From assembly GCA_964501355.1 (NCBI GenBank), contig CAZCSM010000003.1, positions 1,660 through 65,659 of the forward strand: a DNA stretch of 64,000 nt. Direction: 5' to 3'. How positions within the stretch are numbered: the first letter of the stretch is position 1; every line of letters starts with the position of its first letter. Both the position numbers and the translations under genes were made by a program. Positions 21,275-29,375 of this stretch are shown piece by piece. Under the pieces are notes generated by a model. It saw nothing but the letters and a program-made list of their open reading frames with translations. It was not told the DNA's origin and did not search any database. Origin of the DNA: an uncultured Candidatus Saccharibacteria bacterium. GTDB lineage: Bacteria; Patescibacteriota; Dojkabacteria; CAZCSM01.

Positions 21275-21898
21275 TTATTTCGCGAAAATATCGGCCCTTA
21301 TACTGAAATATGAAGGCTCTTGCAAGTCTTTGCTAATGAATACTCCAATTGTTAGCCATTCGTTTGGCTGTAAAGTTATAGCGGGTTCAAATCCCGATTT
21401 TTTTACAATATCCGAAAGGGTAAATGCTGTATCGTCAATTTTTAACTTGAGATTTTCTAATTGTTCATCTTTAAAATAATCGGTAACATGTATGACAATT
21501 GTTTCGCTTCTATCGGAAGTGTTAACGATTCGAAGTAAATCTTCATTTCTATCTTGAGTTGAATCTTTGTAAGCTCTAATGGTCATTTCATAAGAATCAT
21601 TTTCTTTTTTTGCTTCTTCAATGACTATACTTTCCAAGGTTGTTGGGAGAAGTTCGGTTTTGTAAGAAATGACTTCATCATCAACTGTCGTTTGAACACC
21701 GAGAACATCCTTTTTCGCAAGGGATAACGTTTTCACAGAAGGTGTTCTGGTAGTTGGACTAAATCCTCCAAATACGAGAACTGGAATAGCTAGAAGTGCG
21801 ACGAAAGATGCTACTAGTAATGTTTCTGCGATTGTGTTGGCAATGTTTTTCATTAAAATCTTTTGCAAATTAATTTTGCTTTTTTCCAGTATAGTCAA
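21275..21898 (-). CDS. Membrane-anchored hypothetical protein
   Basis: N-terminal TM helix, DVLG linker, beta-rich domain; true start is probably an internal ATG. Confidence 0.65.
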   Translation of the reverse strand: MTILEKSKINLQKILMKNIANTIAETLLVASFVALLAIPVLVFGGFSPTTRTPSVKTLSLAKKDVLGVQTTVDDEVISYKTELLPTTLESIVIEEAKKENDSYEMTIRAYKDSTQDRNEDLLRIVNTSDRSETIVIHVTDYFKDEQLENLKLKIDDTAFTLSDIVKKSGFEPAITLQPNEWLTIGVFISKDLQEPSYFSIRADIFAK

Positions 21899-22406
21899 TT
21901 TCTAGATTCTTCACCAGTACAAGTGTAGAAATTATTCCAAACCCGACTGCAATTATCGCCGTCCAAATATGTGATTCTGCTTTCGCGGCATTTACAGTTG
22001 TTAGAATAATAGCTAACCAGAGAAATGCGAGCCATACGATTGCTTTTGTGTAAATTGATAAAGAAGATTCAATCGAAGATAATCTGTCTTTATCAGCAAT
22101 TTGAATTAACTTTTGTGGCGTAATTCTCGAATCCTGAAAATGATTTAATTTATATAAAACATAATTAAAACCAATAACTGGAACAATTAGCATTAATAAA
22201 TTTGAAAAAGTGTTTACCGTTAGCAAATCATTTAATGATTGAAATGTTATTTCATAAGGAATTATCTTTCCATTTTCGACTTGGTTTATTTCATATTTCA
22301 GTCCAAATAGGATTACCGCAAGAACCATACCACCAACTTTCGAAAGTACCAAAGCAAGAGACGGTATTATTGATTCATCAACAAGTTTTATTAATGTTTT
22401 CGACAT
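21870..22406 (-). CDS. Hypothetical membrane protein (about 4 TM)
   Basis: 178-aa ORF with four hydrophobic segments. Confidence 0.7.
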   Translation of the reverse strand: MSKTLIKLVDESIIPSLALVLSKVGGMVLAVILFGLKYEINQVENGKIIPYEITFQSLNDLLTVNTFSNLLMLIVPVIGFNYVLYKLNHFQDSRITPQKLIQIADKDRLSSIESSLSIYTKAIVWLAFLWLAIILTTVNAAKAESHIWTAIIAVGFGIISTLVLVKNLEIDYTGKKQN

Positions 22407-22514
22407 GAGACTTGGCAGATTTATTACATCTTTAGAATAGAGAATAATTGGGGAAGAGTAAAGGGGAATTCAAAATGCAAATATTTCGATAAACTCAGCA
22501 CAAGTCTCAAAAAT

Positions 22515-22623
22515 CAAATCAAAAATAAAAATATAATTCAGTATAAAGGATGTATCAAAGTAGTTGCAAAATAGATAAAAATGGTTACAAAGTTGTTAAA
22601 ACATTGTTCAAACGTAGATAAAA
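22515..22623 (+). repeat. Direct repeat, copy 1 (left of the DGR cassette)
   Basis: About 5 differences in about 110 bp versus 27084-27193; both copies are preceded by AGGGGAATTCAAAATGCAAA. Confidence 0.9.
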
Positions 22624-22631
22624 CGCCCTGT

Positions 22632-22702
22632 TTCTCCTCCTTTTTTACCCACGCCTTGGCGGGGCAAGCAAGGAGGGGTGATTCCGAAGGAATCGGGGTG
22701 GT
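22632..22702. repeat. CTCCTCCTT/AAGGAGGGG hairpin repeat with a nested element
   Basis: 22671-22702 is the exact reverse complement of 54518-54549 inside argS; related hairpins occur at 27203-27380 and 37613-37659. Confidence 0.75.
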
Positions 22703-22916
22703 TGAGGGAAGTGCAATAGGGTTCCAAAACCTTTCTGCGAAAAGATAGTTTGATAAACTCATCACAGGTTTAGGAACCATCGGTAGTTTTTAATTTGGAA
22801 TTTTGGTAATTGTAATTTGTTTGGAAATTGAGATTTGGAAATTGGTGCTTAAATGTTGTGCCAGTCACTCACTTTCGGGTGACGGTTTACAATCAGAACG
22901 CTAAATGAACATAAGT

Positions 22917-23007
22917 TGTCATTGCGAGGAGTGTAACGACGAAGCAATCTCTTGAAAATGGGATTGCCACGCTCGCCCCGCCTTGGCGGGACAAGCTCGC
23001 AATGACA
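22917..23007. repeat. RPE-like palindromic element (TGTCATTGCGAG...CTCGCAATGACA)
   Basis: 12-bp terminal inverted repeat, internal GCAATC/GATTGC stem, nested CCCGCCTTGGCGGG hairpin. Confidence 0.75.
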
Positions 23008-23101
23008 AAACACACTCATTGAACAGCCCTACTTCTTCTTGACTTCACTCCACACTTTACGTATTCTGAATATGTAGAATTCTATATTACACAAATCCAT
23101 C

Positions 23102-24031
23102 ATGAAAATTCAGAAACGTGATATTTTAATCTTTTCTATCGGTGTGCTCATTACCTTAGCATTTTCTCCATTCTTCAAATCTCTCGTTTCCGCGGAGCAA
23201 TCCGGCACTACTCCAAATAGCGGAGCAACATCATACATCAAACAACTTTACGATTCGCTGGTATCACTAGGCAATGGTTCTGATTCATCGGGATCATGGG
23301 GAGATTGGGGAGGGATGTGGAATAGGATTCGCTCATCTTCGGAATGGGTGCCAAGCGGAGATGCAACTGCGGGAGATGTGGTGGCGGGGAAGATGTTTTA
23401 TGGCAATTCAAGAACGCAGATGATTGGGACTGGTCCAGAACCGATAGATTTTTCACTTTTTCAGTACAGTGCCAGAGACGATTACGCAGGTGCATACTAT
23501 ACAGGACTTGGACCTGAAGACTATCAGGGCGAGGAAGCGGAATGGACAGATCATAGTGTTGATGCTGATGTGGTCTGGAAAGATGAACGGGCAGGTATGT
23601 ACTGGACCGCTGACAGAGGAATTCTGACTGCGAATAATTTCACAATGGCAACCTGTCAATTTTTCACATCAGAGCCTAGATCGAGTTATGACGGGAGCGA
23701 CTTGACATGTGGGGGGACAGCAGAAGAACCTCATGCGATAAACTACTGTGCTACACTAGATTATGGAGGAAGAACCGACTGGTATCTACCATCTCAGAAG
23801 GAGCTAATGATGGCATACATAGATGGTATGTACAATCAGGCAGGAGCTACACCAGCAGAAGCAGCAGCATTTACGTATGGCACTTCAGGAGGTGGTGGTT
23901 ATCGGTTCTGGTCGTCTTCCGAGGTGTCTAACAATCCAACAAACGCTTGGACCGTAAACATGAGCATCGGCAACACGAACTACACCATTAAGACGAATGC
24001 GCTCGCCGTTAGGTGTGTAGCGAGGGACTGA
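23102..24031 (+). CDS. DGR target protein: membrane-anchored or secreted, C-terminal DUF1566/CLec-fold domain with variable region
   Basis: N-terminal hydrophobic helix; A..YC..L.YGG.TDW.LPS..EL; FWSSSE...AW.V....G......K.....VRCV; the 3' end aligns to TR. Confidence 0.92.
   Translation: MKIQKRDILIFSIGVLITLAFSPFFKSLVSAEQSGTTPNSGATSYIKQLYDSLVSLGNGSDSSGSWGDWGGMWNRIRSSSEWVPSGDATAGDVVAGKMFYGNSRTQMIGTGPEPIDFSLFQYSARDDYAGAYYTGLGPEDYQGEEAEWTDHSVDADVVWKDERAGMYWTADRGILTANNFTMATCQFFTSEPRSSYDGSDLTCGGTAEEPHAINYCATLDYGGRTDWYLPSQKELMMAYIDGMYNQAGATPAEAAAFTYGTSGGGGYRFWSSSEVSNNPTNAWTVNMSIGNTNYTIKTNALAVRCVARD
23905..24029 (+). repeat. DGR variable repeat (VR)
   Basis: 125-nt gap-free alignment to 24360-24484; 11 mismatches, 10 of them opposite TR adenines. 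Confidence 0.95.
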
Positions 24032-24065
24032 TGATTAGAATTTAATAATTTCTTATTTAAAATTT

Positions 24066-24091
24066 ATCATCCGATCTTTAGATCGGATGAT
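24066..24091. other. Perfect hairpin/cruciform downstream of VR (candidate DGR retrohoming signal)
   Basis: ATCATCCGATC-TTTA-GATCGGATGAT: 11-bp stem, about 35 nt after the target stop codon, absent after TR. Confidence 0.75.
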
Positions 24092-24112
24092 TTGCGACAA
24101 AAAACTACTATA

Positions 24113-24141
24113 TTGAAAAAACTAGTAAAGTGGTGTAGATT
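24113..24141 (+). promoter_or_regulatory. Candidate sigma70 promoter for the TR-containing RNA
   Basis: TTGAAA-N17-TAGATT; predicted start near G24148. Confidence 0.55.
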
Positions 24142-24147
24142 ATTGTC

Positions 24148-24503
24148 GCGTGGATTCTATAGTTACAACTTCATCGTAAGCTCTGAGCTATAGGGAAGGC
24201 CCGATTTTCAGTCCGTTCCACTGCACCTGATTTTTTCAGGTATTATTATTCAGTGAGACTTTTTCGCTGAAATGCGAATCAGTCTTATGGTGGATTCTGT
24301 GTTAGACAAGATTCTAATGTCTTGTCTTGCAGAATAAAGTCAGTGGGAAATAGCGTTGTGTTCTGGTCGTCTTCCGAGGTGTCTAACAATCCAACAAACG
24401 CTTGGAACGTAAACTTGAACAACGGCAACACGAACAACAACAATAAGACAAATGCAAACGCCGTTAGGTGTGTAGCGAGGGACTTATCATCGGGCTTTTA
24501 CGC
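24148..24503 (+). ncRNA. Predicted structured DGR template RNA (leader plus TR)
   Basis: Several local hairpins plus long-range pairings 24148-24154/24497-24503 and 24198-24205/24489-24496 that enclose TR; identified by eye. Confidence 0.55.
24360..24484 (+). repeat. DGR template repeat (TR)
   Basis: AAC-rich copy of VR (14 AAY codons in the VR frame), adjacent to avd and RT. Confidence 0.95.
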
Positions 24504-24857
24504 AGTCTGGTTCTCCGACCACTTGATCCATCCGTTAAGCATTTTAGCGATTTCCTCATTTTGGGATATTATGTAAGCATACTGTTGGGAAGCGATAAGT
24601 TTCAACTCATGTGCCATACGCAGTCGTGATTTCAACCTGTCAAACGAAGCAGAAGCTTGACGAATAATTCCAGCCTTTTGAGTGTTTTGGCGAGTATTCG
24701 TAGCAATTATTTTATCAAGAGTTTCCCATGCACAGTCAATTATTGATTGACCAAGCGTGTACTTATATTCTTTTTTGAAATTCCTGACAAGTAGATACAA
24801 ATATTTCAAAAGTTTGTATGTGGCTACATACAGAGGAAGTTCGTCTAATTTGCTCAT
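24498..24857 (-). CDS. avd: DGR accessory variability determinant (Avd-like four-helix bundle)
   Basis: Basic 119-aa helical protein with LP.Y...Y.L...F.KEYKYTLG..I, LR.A.EL..I, EIAKMLNGW; 4-bp overlap with the RT stop. Confidence 0.88.
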   Translation of the reverse strand: MSKLDELPLYVATYKLLKYLYLLVRNFKKEYKYTLGQSIIDCAWETLDKIIATNTRQNTQKAGIIRQASASFDRLKSRLRMAHELKLIASQQYAYIISQNEEIAKMLNGWIKWSENQTA

Positions 24858-26056
24858 TTTTGTTTTGCAACTAAAGTAAAATATGAATAATTGTCATCAA
24901 TTGGCACTAAGTACTCTTTCAAAGTTCCAAAATGATTTTCATACAGATCTCTACGAAGATTGAAGCAGTTCGCATGTTTAAAATGTCCGTAGTACGAATT
25001 AACCATAGCTAGCATCTTTCTTAACTCTTGCTTTGTTGGGGGTGTAGACAACGGTAATACCATCTGTTTTTGATTTTGCGAAACAAGCAGTTTCCCCTGA
25101 TTGAAGTAATGAAGCTTCGTTTTGAGATTTTGCACCACACGTTTTCTTGCCAGAGTATATTTAGGCTTAACTATATAACCAATAAAATCTATTCCTGAAT
25201 AAACTGAATTGTATTTATCCTTATTTGGGTGAAGTATCAATTGTAAATTTTTCTGTAGAAAAGTGTTTATCTTTTTCCTCCACTGTTTTATCTTATTCAT
25301 ATCATTTGAAATAACGACAAAATCATCAACATACCGTATGTAGTGCTTGATTTTCAACTCACGTTTTACGTACTGATCAAGCTCATTCAAGTATACGTTA
25401 GCAAAAAATTGTGATGTTAAATTTCCTATTGGAAGTCCTTTGTCTTTCCCAGCTTTAAAAAGCGTTTTGTGAGGCGGTATCTGTTTTAGAAGAGATCTAT
25501 CACCTTTGAAGAAAAAATTATCGGTAGGATTATGGTTAAGAATAATTTCTGTGAGCCAGATCAGGTCATCCTTTCTATGTTTTGGAAAATGATTTTCTAT
25601 CTCACTGATGATGATTTCTTTTAGAATATTTTTATCAATCGAAGTAAAAAAGCTTCTGACATCAAACTGCCCATAAAACGCTTTTTTGCTGTAATTTCCT
25701 GTTACGGATCGAATAGCTTTCTTGAGACAGGTTATGGCAGTCAGAAGCCCTTTGTTTTTCCTGCATGCAAAAGAAGAATAGATGAACCGTTTTTCAAAAT
25801 GAGGCTCAAGGTGTGATACAAGCAGATGATGGATAATCCTATCTCTAAAATCGGCGGCAAACACCTCTCTGATCTTCGGATATGTAACCACAAAACAGAT
25901 AGACTTGCCAGGTCTGTACGTTCTGTTTTTCAGTTCTTCAAAAAGCTTCAGGATACTGGATTCAAAATTCATCTCAAACTTAAGAGAGTTAATGGTATTT
26001 CGTTTGTTCTTTCTGCAGGAAAGGTAAGCTTTTAATAAATCTTTTAGTGTAAACAT
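24854..26056 (-). CDS. DGR reverse transcriptase
   Basis: PK.REVFAADFRDRIIHH, SFACRK.KG, D...FF.SID, GLPIGNLTSQFFANVYL, RYVDDF, GIDFIGY; 400 aa with no endonuclease domain. Confidence 0.96.
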   Translation of the reverse strand: MFTLKDLLKAYLSCRKNKRNTINSLKFEMNFESSILKLFEELKNRTYRPGKSICFVVTYPKIREVFAADFRDRIIHHLLVSHLEPHFEKRFIYSSFACRKNKGLLTAITCLKKAIRSVTGNYSKKAFYGQFDVRSFFTSIDKNILKEIIISEIENHFPKHRKDDLIWLTEIILNHNPTDNFFFKGDRSLLKQIPPHKTLFKAGKDKGLPIGNLTSQFFANVYLNELDQYVKRELKIKHYIRYVDDFVVISNDMNKIKQWRKKINTFLQKNLQLILHPNKDKYNSVYSGIDFIGYIVKPKYTLARKRVVQNLKTKLHYFNQGKLLVSQNQKQMVLPLSTPPTKQELRKMLAMVNSYYGHFKHANCFNLRRDLYENHFGTLKEYLVPIDDNYSYFTLVAKQK

Positions 26057-26128
26057 ATGAAAAGATAAGAAAGATGTTTAAAAATCTCTTCAATTATTGT
26101 ACTATGGTATTATAATAATTAATTGATT

Positions 26129-27001
26129 ATGAAAAACATGCTCAAAATACGAATTATTGTAACCCTTCTTCCTCTTTTGTTAGCGACATTTATAGTTCCA
26201 AGTGCAACTTTTGCTGCTTCGGTTTCTCTCAAAGGTACAGCTGAAGTTGTGAATACTGGCAATTCACTATTATTCGAATCGAATAACAGTGCTGTTACTG
26301 TTGATACTGAAACTGGTAATTTATCAGGATTTGTTTGGTCGGAAGATTTGGGTTGGATTGATTTTGATAATAATAGCGGTGCTAATTCTGCAAAGATTAA
26401 TCTGGAAACAGGTGTAGTTTCAGGCCTTGCTTATGTAGTTAACACTGCTTCCATTGTTGATTTTACAAATTTCAATAGCAATGTCATTGTTAATTTAGAA
26501 ACTGGTGTTTTCACTGGCTTTGCATGGTCAGTCGAGCTTGGGTGGATTGATTTTTCAACTGTAAATACAGGTGGAGTGAAATTGGTGCTTGATGAAAACT
26601 TTGTAAATATAACAACGATCGATTCTGAAACTGCACCGGTAGATGGTGTGTGGAAAGTGACTAATAAAAAACCAGTACTTTCAGGAATAACTGCACCAAA
26701 TGCTGTAGTGACTATAACTTTAACGAGAGACGGAACATCAGTTGATGTAGAGGTTATTGCTGATGCTGAAGGTAAATGGAGTTGGACTCCAACAAGTGAT
26801 TTGGTGCTTGGCGCTTATACTGTGAGAATCGTGTCAGAAAATGCAGATGGCGTAATTTCCGAGACTACATTTACTTTAAATATAATGATTTCTGATTTAG
26901 CAAGCTCTGGACTTAGTAATCCGTATGTGATGATTGTTCTAACGATTGTTGGAGTCTTGGTTGTGGTTTTTTCGGCTAAGAAGAAGGTCGTAACAATGTA
27001 G
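26129..27001 (+). CDS. Secreted surface protein with G.(A/V)WS..LGWIDF repeats, an Ig-like domain and a C-terminal anchor
   Basis: Signal peptide; two WS..LGWIDF repeats; P.LSG...PNA.V...AD.EGKWSWTP; LASSG then TM then KKK. Confidence 0.75.
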   Translation: MKNMLKIRIIVTLLPLLLATFIVPSATFAASVSLKGTAEVVNTGNSLLFESNNSAVTVDTETGNLSGFVWSEDLGWIDFDNNSGANSAKINLETGVVSGLAYVVNTASIVDFTNFNSNVIVNLETGVFTGFAWSVELGWIDFSTVNTGGVKLVLDENFVNITTIDSETAPVDGVWKVTNKKPVLSGITAPNAVVTITLTRDGTSVDVEVIADAEGKWSWTPTSDLVLGAYTVRIVSENADGVISETTFTLNIMISDLASSGLSNPYVMIVLTIVGVLVVVFSAKKKVVTM

Positions 27002-27083
27002 ATGCAATGTTGAATCAATGTGGTAGCAATGTTGAAGAATCGTAGAGGGGAATTCAAAATGCAAAAATCAAAAATCAAAATAA

Positions 27084-27193
27084 CAAATCAAAAATAAAAA
27101 TATAATTCAGTATAAAGAACGTTTCAAAGTAGTTGCAAAATAGATACAAAATGGTTACAAAGTTGTTAAAACATTGTTCAAACGTGGATAAAA
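27084..27193 (+). repeat. Direct repeat, copy 2 (right of the DGR cassette)
   Basis: Matches 22515-22623. Confidence 0.9.
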
Positions 27194-27430
27194 GGTAGAA
27201 TAATCCTTCCTAATAAGGAAGGTGGGCTTTGCGAAGCAAAGGTCGGAAGGTGTAAACAATTAAACACACCCCGGCTTCACTTTGTTCAGTCCCCCTTCTT
27301 TTTAGAGGGGATCTGACGGAAGGCGTTGTAGAGGATACCTTCTGTCACTTCGTGACACCTTCCTTTTTAGGAAGGAAGAACAAAAAAGGTCCAGACATGT
27401 CTGGACCCTACGAGTTCTGAAAATTCCTAC

Positions 27431-27694
27431 TTATTTTGCAATAGAGTTTACTTTCTTTGCCATTCTAGATTTTAGTCTAGCGGCTGTGTTTGGGTGCATA
27501 AATCTTCTTGCTGCTTTATCAAGAGCTTTTGTTGCTTCTTGAAGTTTGGTTGTAGCTGTTTTTGCATCTTTTTCTACAACGGCTTTATTCGTTTCTTTAA
27601 CCAATCTCTTCGTTTTTACTCGAATCTTTTTGTTAATTTCAGCTTTTCTTCCTTGTACTCTGATTGCTTTTTTTGCGTTTGCTAAATTTGCCAC
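27431..27694 (-). CDS. rpsT: 30S ribosomal protein S20
   Basis: From GTG at 27694: MANLANAKKAIR...N...K..VKT..K...LDKAA...HPN.AARLKSR. Confidence 0.92.
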   Translation of the reverse strand: MANLANAKKAIRVQGRKAEINKKIRVKTKRLVKETNKAVVEKDAKTATTKLQEATKALDKAARRFMHPNTAARLKSRMAKKVNSIAK

Positions 27695-28089
27695 GTTCTT
27701 AAAATTTTTAATAATTATTGTATATTTACCTTTGCGTTTTGATTGGGTCTGAGCTTCCAATCGATATGAATAGTACCAATAAATAGGTGGTAAGTCAATT
27801 ATTAATTGGGCAATATAGTAAATCATTTTAAGTAGTTTTTCCATAAATTTGTGAAAATCTCAAATTTAAAATTACAAATTTCAAATAAATTACAAATTCA
27901 AAAAATAAAATCACAAGCTATTATATATTTGTTATTTTTGTAAAAAACGTCACTTGATATAGTTTTAAATTTGAGTTTTTGGTAATTGAGGGTTGTTTGG
28001 AAATTGGTGCTTGGGATTTGGAAATTAAAGGCTGTTTCTACAGCCGCATCTGTAGTATAATTTCGATACTTCAATTTAGATTTGTAATA

Positions 28090-28497
28090 ATGTTAATTAC
28101 ACACAGTTTATATACAGATGGCGGTTCTCGTGGAAATCCGGGTCCTGCAGCTTATGGTTGTGCACTTTACGATGAGGCTGGAATTTTAGTTGATATTGAT
28201 GCGGCGTTTTTGGGAAATAAGACAAATAATTATGCGGAATATCAAGGACTTATTTGTGGATTGAAACTTGCACAGAGATCCGGTGTAACTGATATTGTCT
28301 GTTATTTAGATAGTGAACTGATTGTTAAACAGGTTAATGGTGAGTACAAAGTTAAACATGAAAATATTAAGCCTTTGTACAAGGAGTTAATGGAACTTGT
28401 TGAAACATTTGATTCTTTTTCTTTCTCTCATGTTTATAGAGAAAAGAATAAAGTTGCGGATAAATTGGTGAATTTGATTTTAGATGCGGTGAAATGA
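28090..28497 (+). CDS. Ribonuclease HI family protein
   Basis: YTDGGSRGNPGPA, TNN.AEY, DSELIVKQVNGEYKVK, HV.RE.NK.AD; ATG at 28090. Confidence 0.92.
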   Translation: MLITHSLYTDGGSRGNPGPAAYGCALYDEAGILVDIDAAFLGNKTNNYAEYQGLICGLKLAQRSGVTDIVCYLDSELIVKQVNGEYKVKHENIKPLYKELMELVETFDSFSFSHVYREKNKVADKLVNLILDAVK

Positions 28498-28715
28498 TTA
28501 AAATCAAAATTCAAAAATCAAATCTCAAAATGACAAATCAAAATGTAAAATGACTTTACACGAGATATGATTTTTTGTCTGAGATTTGTTAAGGAAATTG
28601 CGTTGATTTTATTGAAAATGAAGCACGGAAAAGTGAAATCCTGAAACAACTCAGGACTTTCGCTAGTGTCTTTTTTAATTTTTAACTTTTAATTTTTATT
28701 TTTTAACTTATTTTT

Positions 28716-29372
28716 ATGGAACTAAAAGAATTTCTCGAAGTTTTGAAAAAGAACTGGATGTTAATTTCCGCGGTTACAGTTTTTTGCGTTATTGCAACAG
28801 CTGTTATTACAAATGTTATTCCTTCTAAATATATTTCATCAATTGATGTTTATGTTTCTAGAAAATCAGAAAAGGAGACTGATCAATATTATTCATACGA
28901 TGGTTATTATTCTACTCAATCAAGCGTTCAGTATGCAAATACAGTTTCTGGTCTTTTCCAAAGTCTACAGATAGTAAGAGATGCTGCGGTTGAAGTTCAA
29001 AAAAGTAATTTATATGAAAAATTGGAGAATGAGCCAAATGTGTTATCGGAAGATGTTGACTTTCTGCGAGGTGTTTCAAAGAAAATTACGGTTGAAGATA
29101 TTGCTCCGCAAGTCATCACGGTTAGTTTTAAACATGAGGATATGGTTAAATCAGAACTTTGGGTTACAAGTTTAGGGAAAGTTGTTCAGGATAAAGTAAC
29201 CGAGCTTAACTTAGATTCCGATGGAAAGTTTCAAGTTGATATTTCAGCCAATCCTTTGGTTGAAGAGGTCACACCTAGCCTTGTTATTAATATTGTAGTA
29301 AGCTTGATGGCGGGTCTTTTAATCGGGACTCTGTGGGCTTTTGCAAGGGTATATTTTAAAAATGAGAAGTAG
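28716..29372 (+). CDS. Wzz/YveK-like polysaccharide chain-length regulator
   Basis: MEL..FL.VLKKNW, TM, P.Y.S, C-terminal P....N TM with G...G. Confidence 0.75.
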   Translation: MELKEFLEVLKKNWMLISAVTVFCVIATAVITNVIPSKYISSIDVYVSRKSEKETDQYYSYDGYYSTQSSVQYANTVSGLFQSLQIVRDAAVEVQKSNLYEKLENEPNVLSEDVDFLRGVSKKITVEDIAPQVITVSFKHEDMVKSELWVTSLGKVVQDKVTELNLDSDGKFQVDISANPLVEEVTPSLVINIVVSLMAGLLIGTLWAFARVYFKNEK

Positions 29373-29375
29373 GTC

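Noticed and set aside
24322-24576. 84-aa ORF resembling the DGR target C-terminus
   Set aside because: It is the translation of TR, which is stop-free in the VR frame; it has a weak TTG start and runs antisense into avd.
24854-26056. RT as a group II intron, retron or CRISPR-associated RT
   Set aside because: The LTSQ motif, adjacent Avd and adenine-specific TR/VR pair identify a DGR; no intron ends or cas genes are seen.
27695-28089. N-terminal extensions of rpsT and RNase HI in the ORF track
   Set aside because: Homology begins at GTG 27694 and ATG 28090; the extensions translate AT-rich or periodic intergenic DNA.
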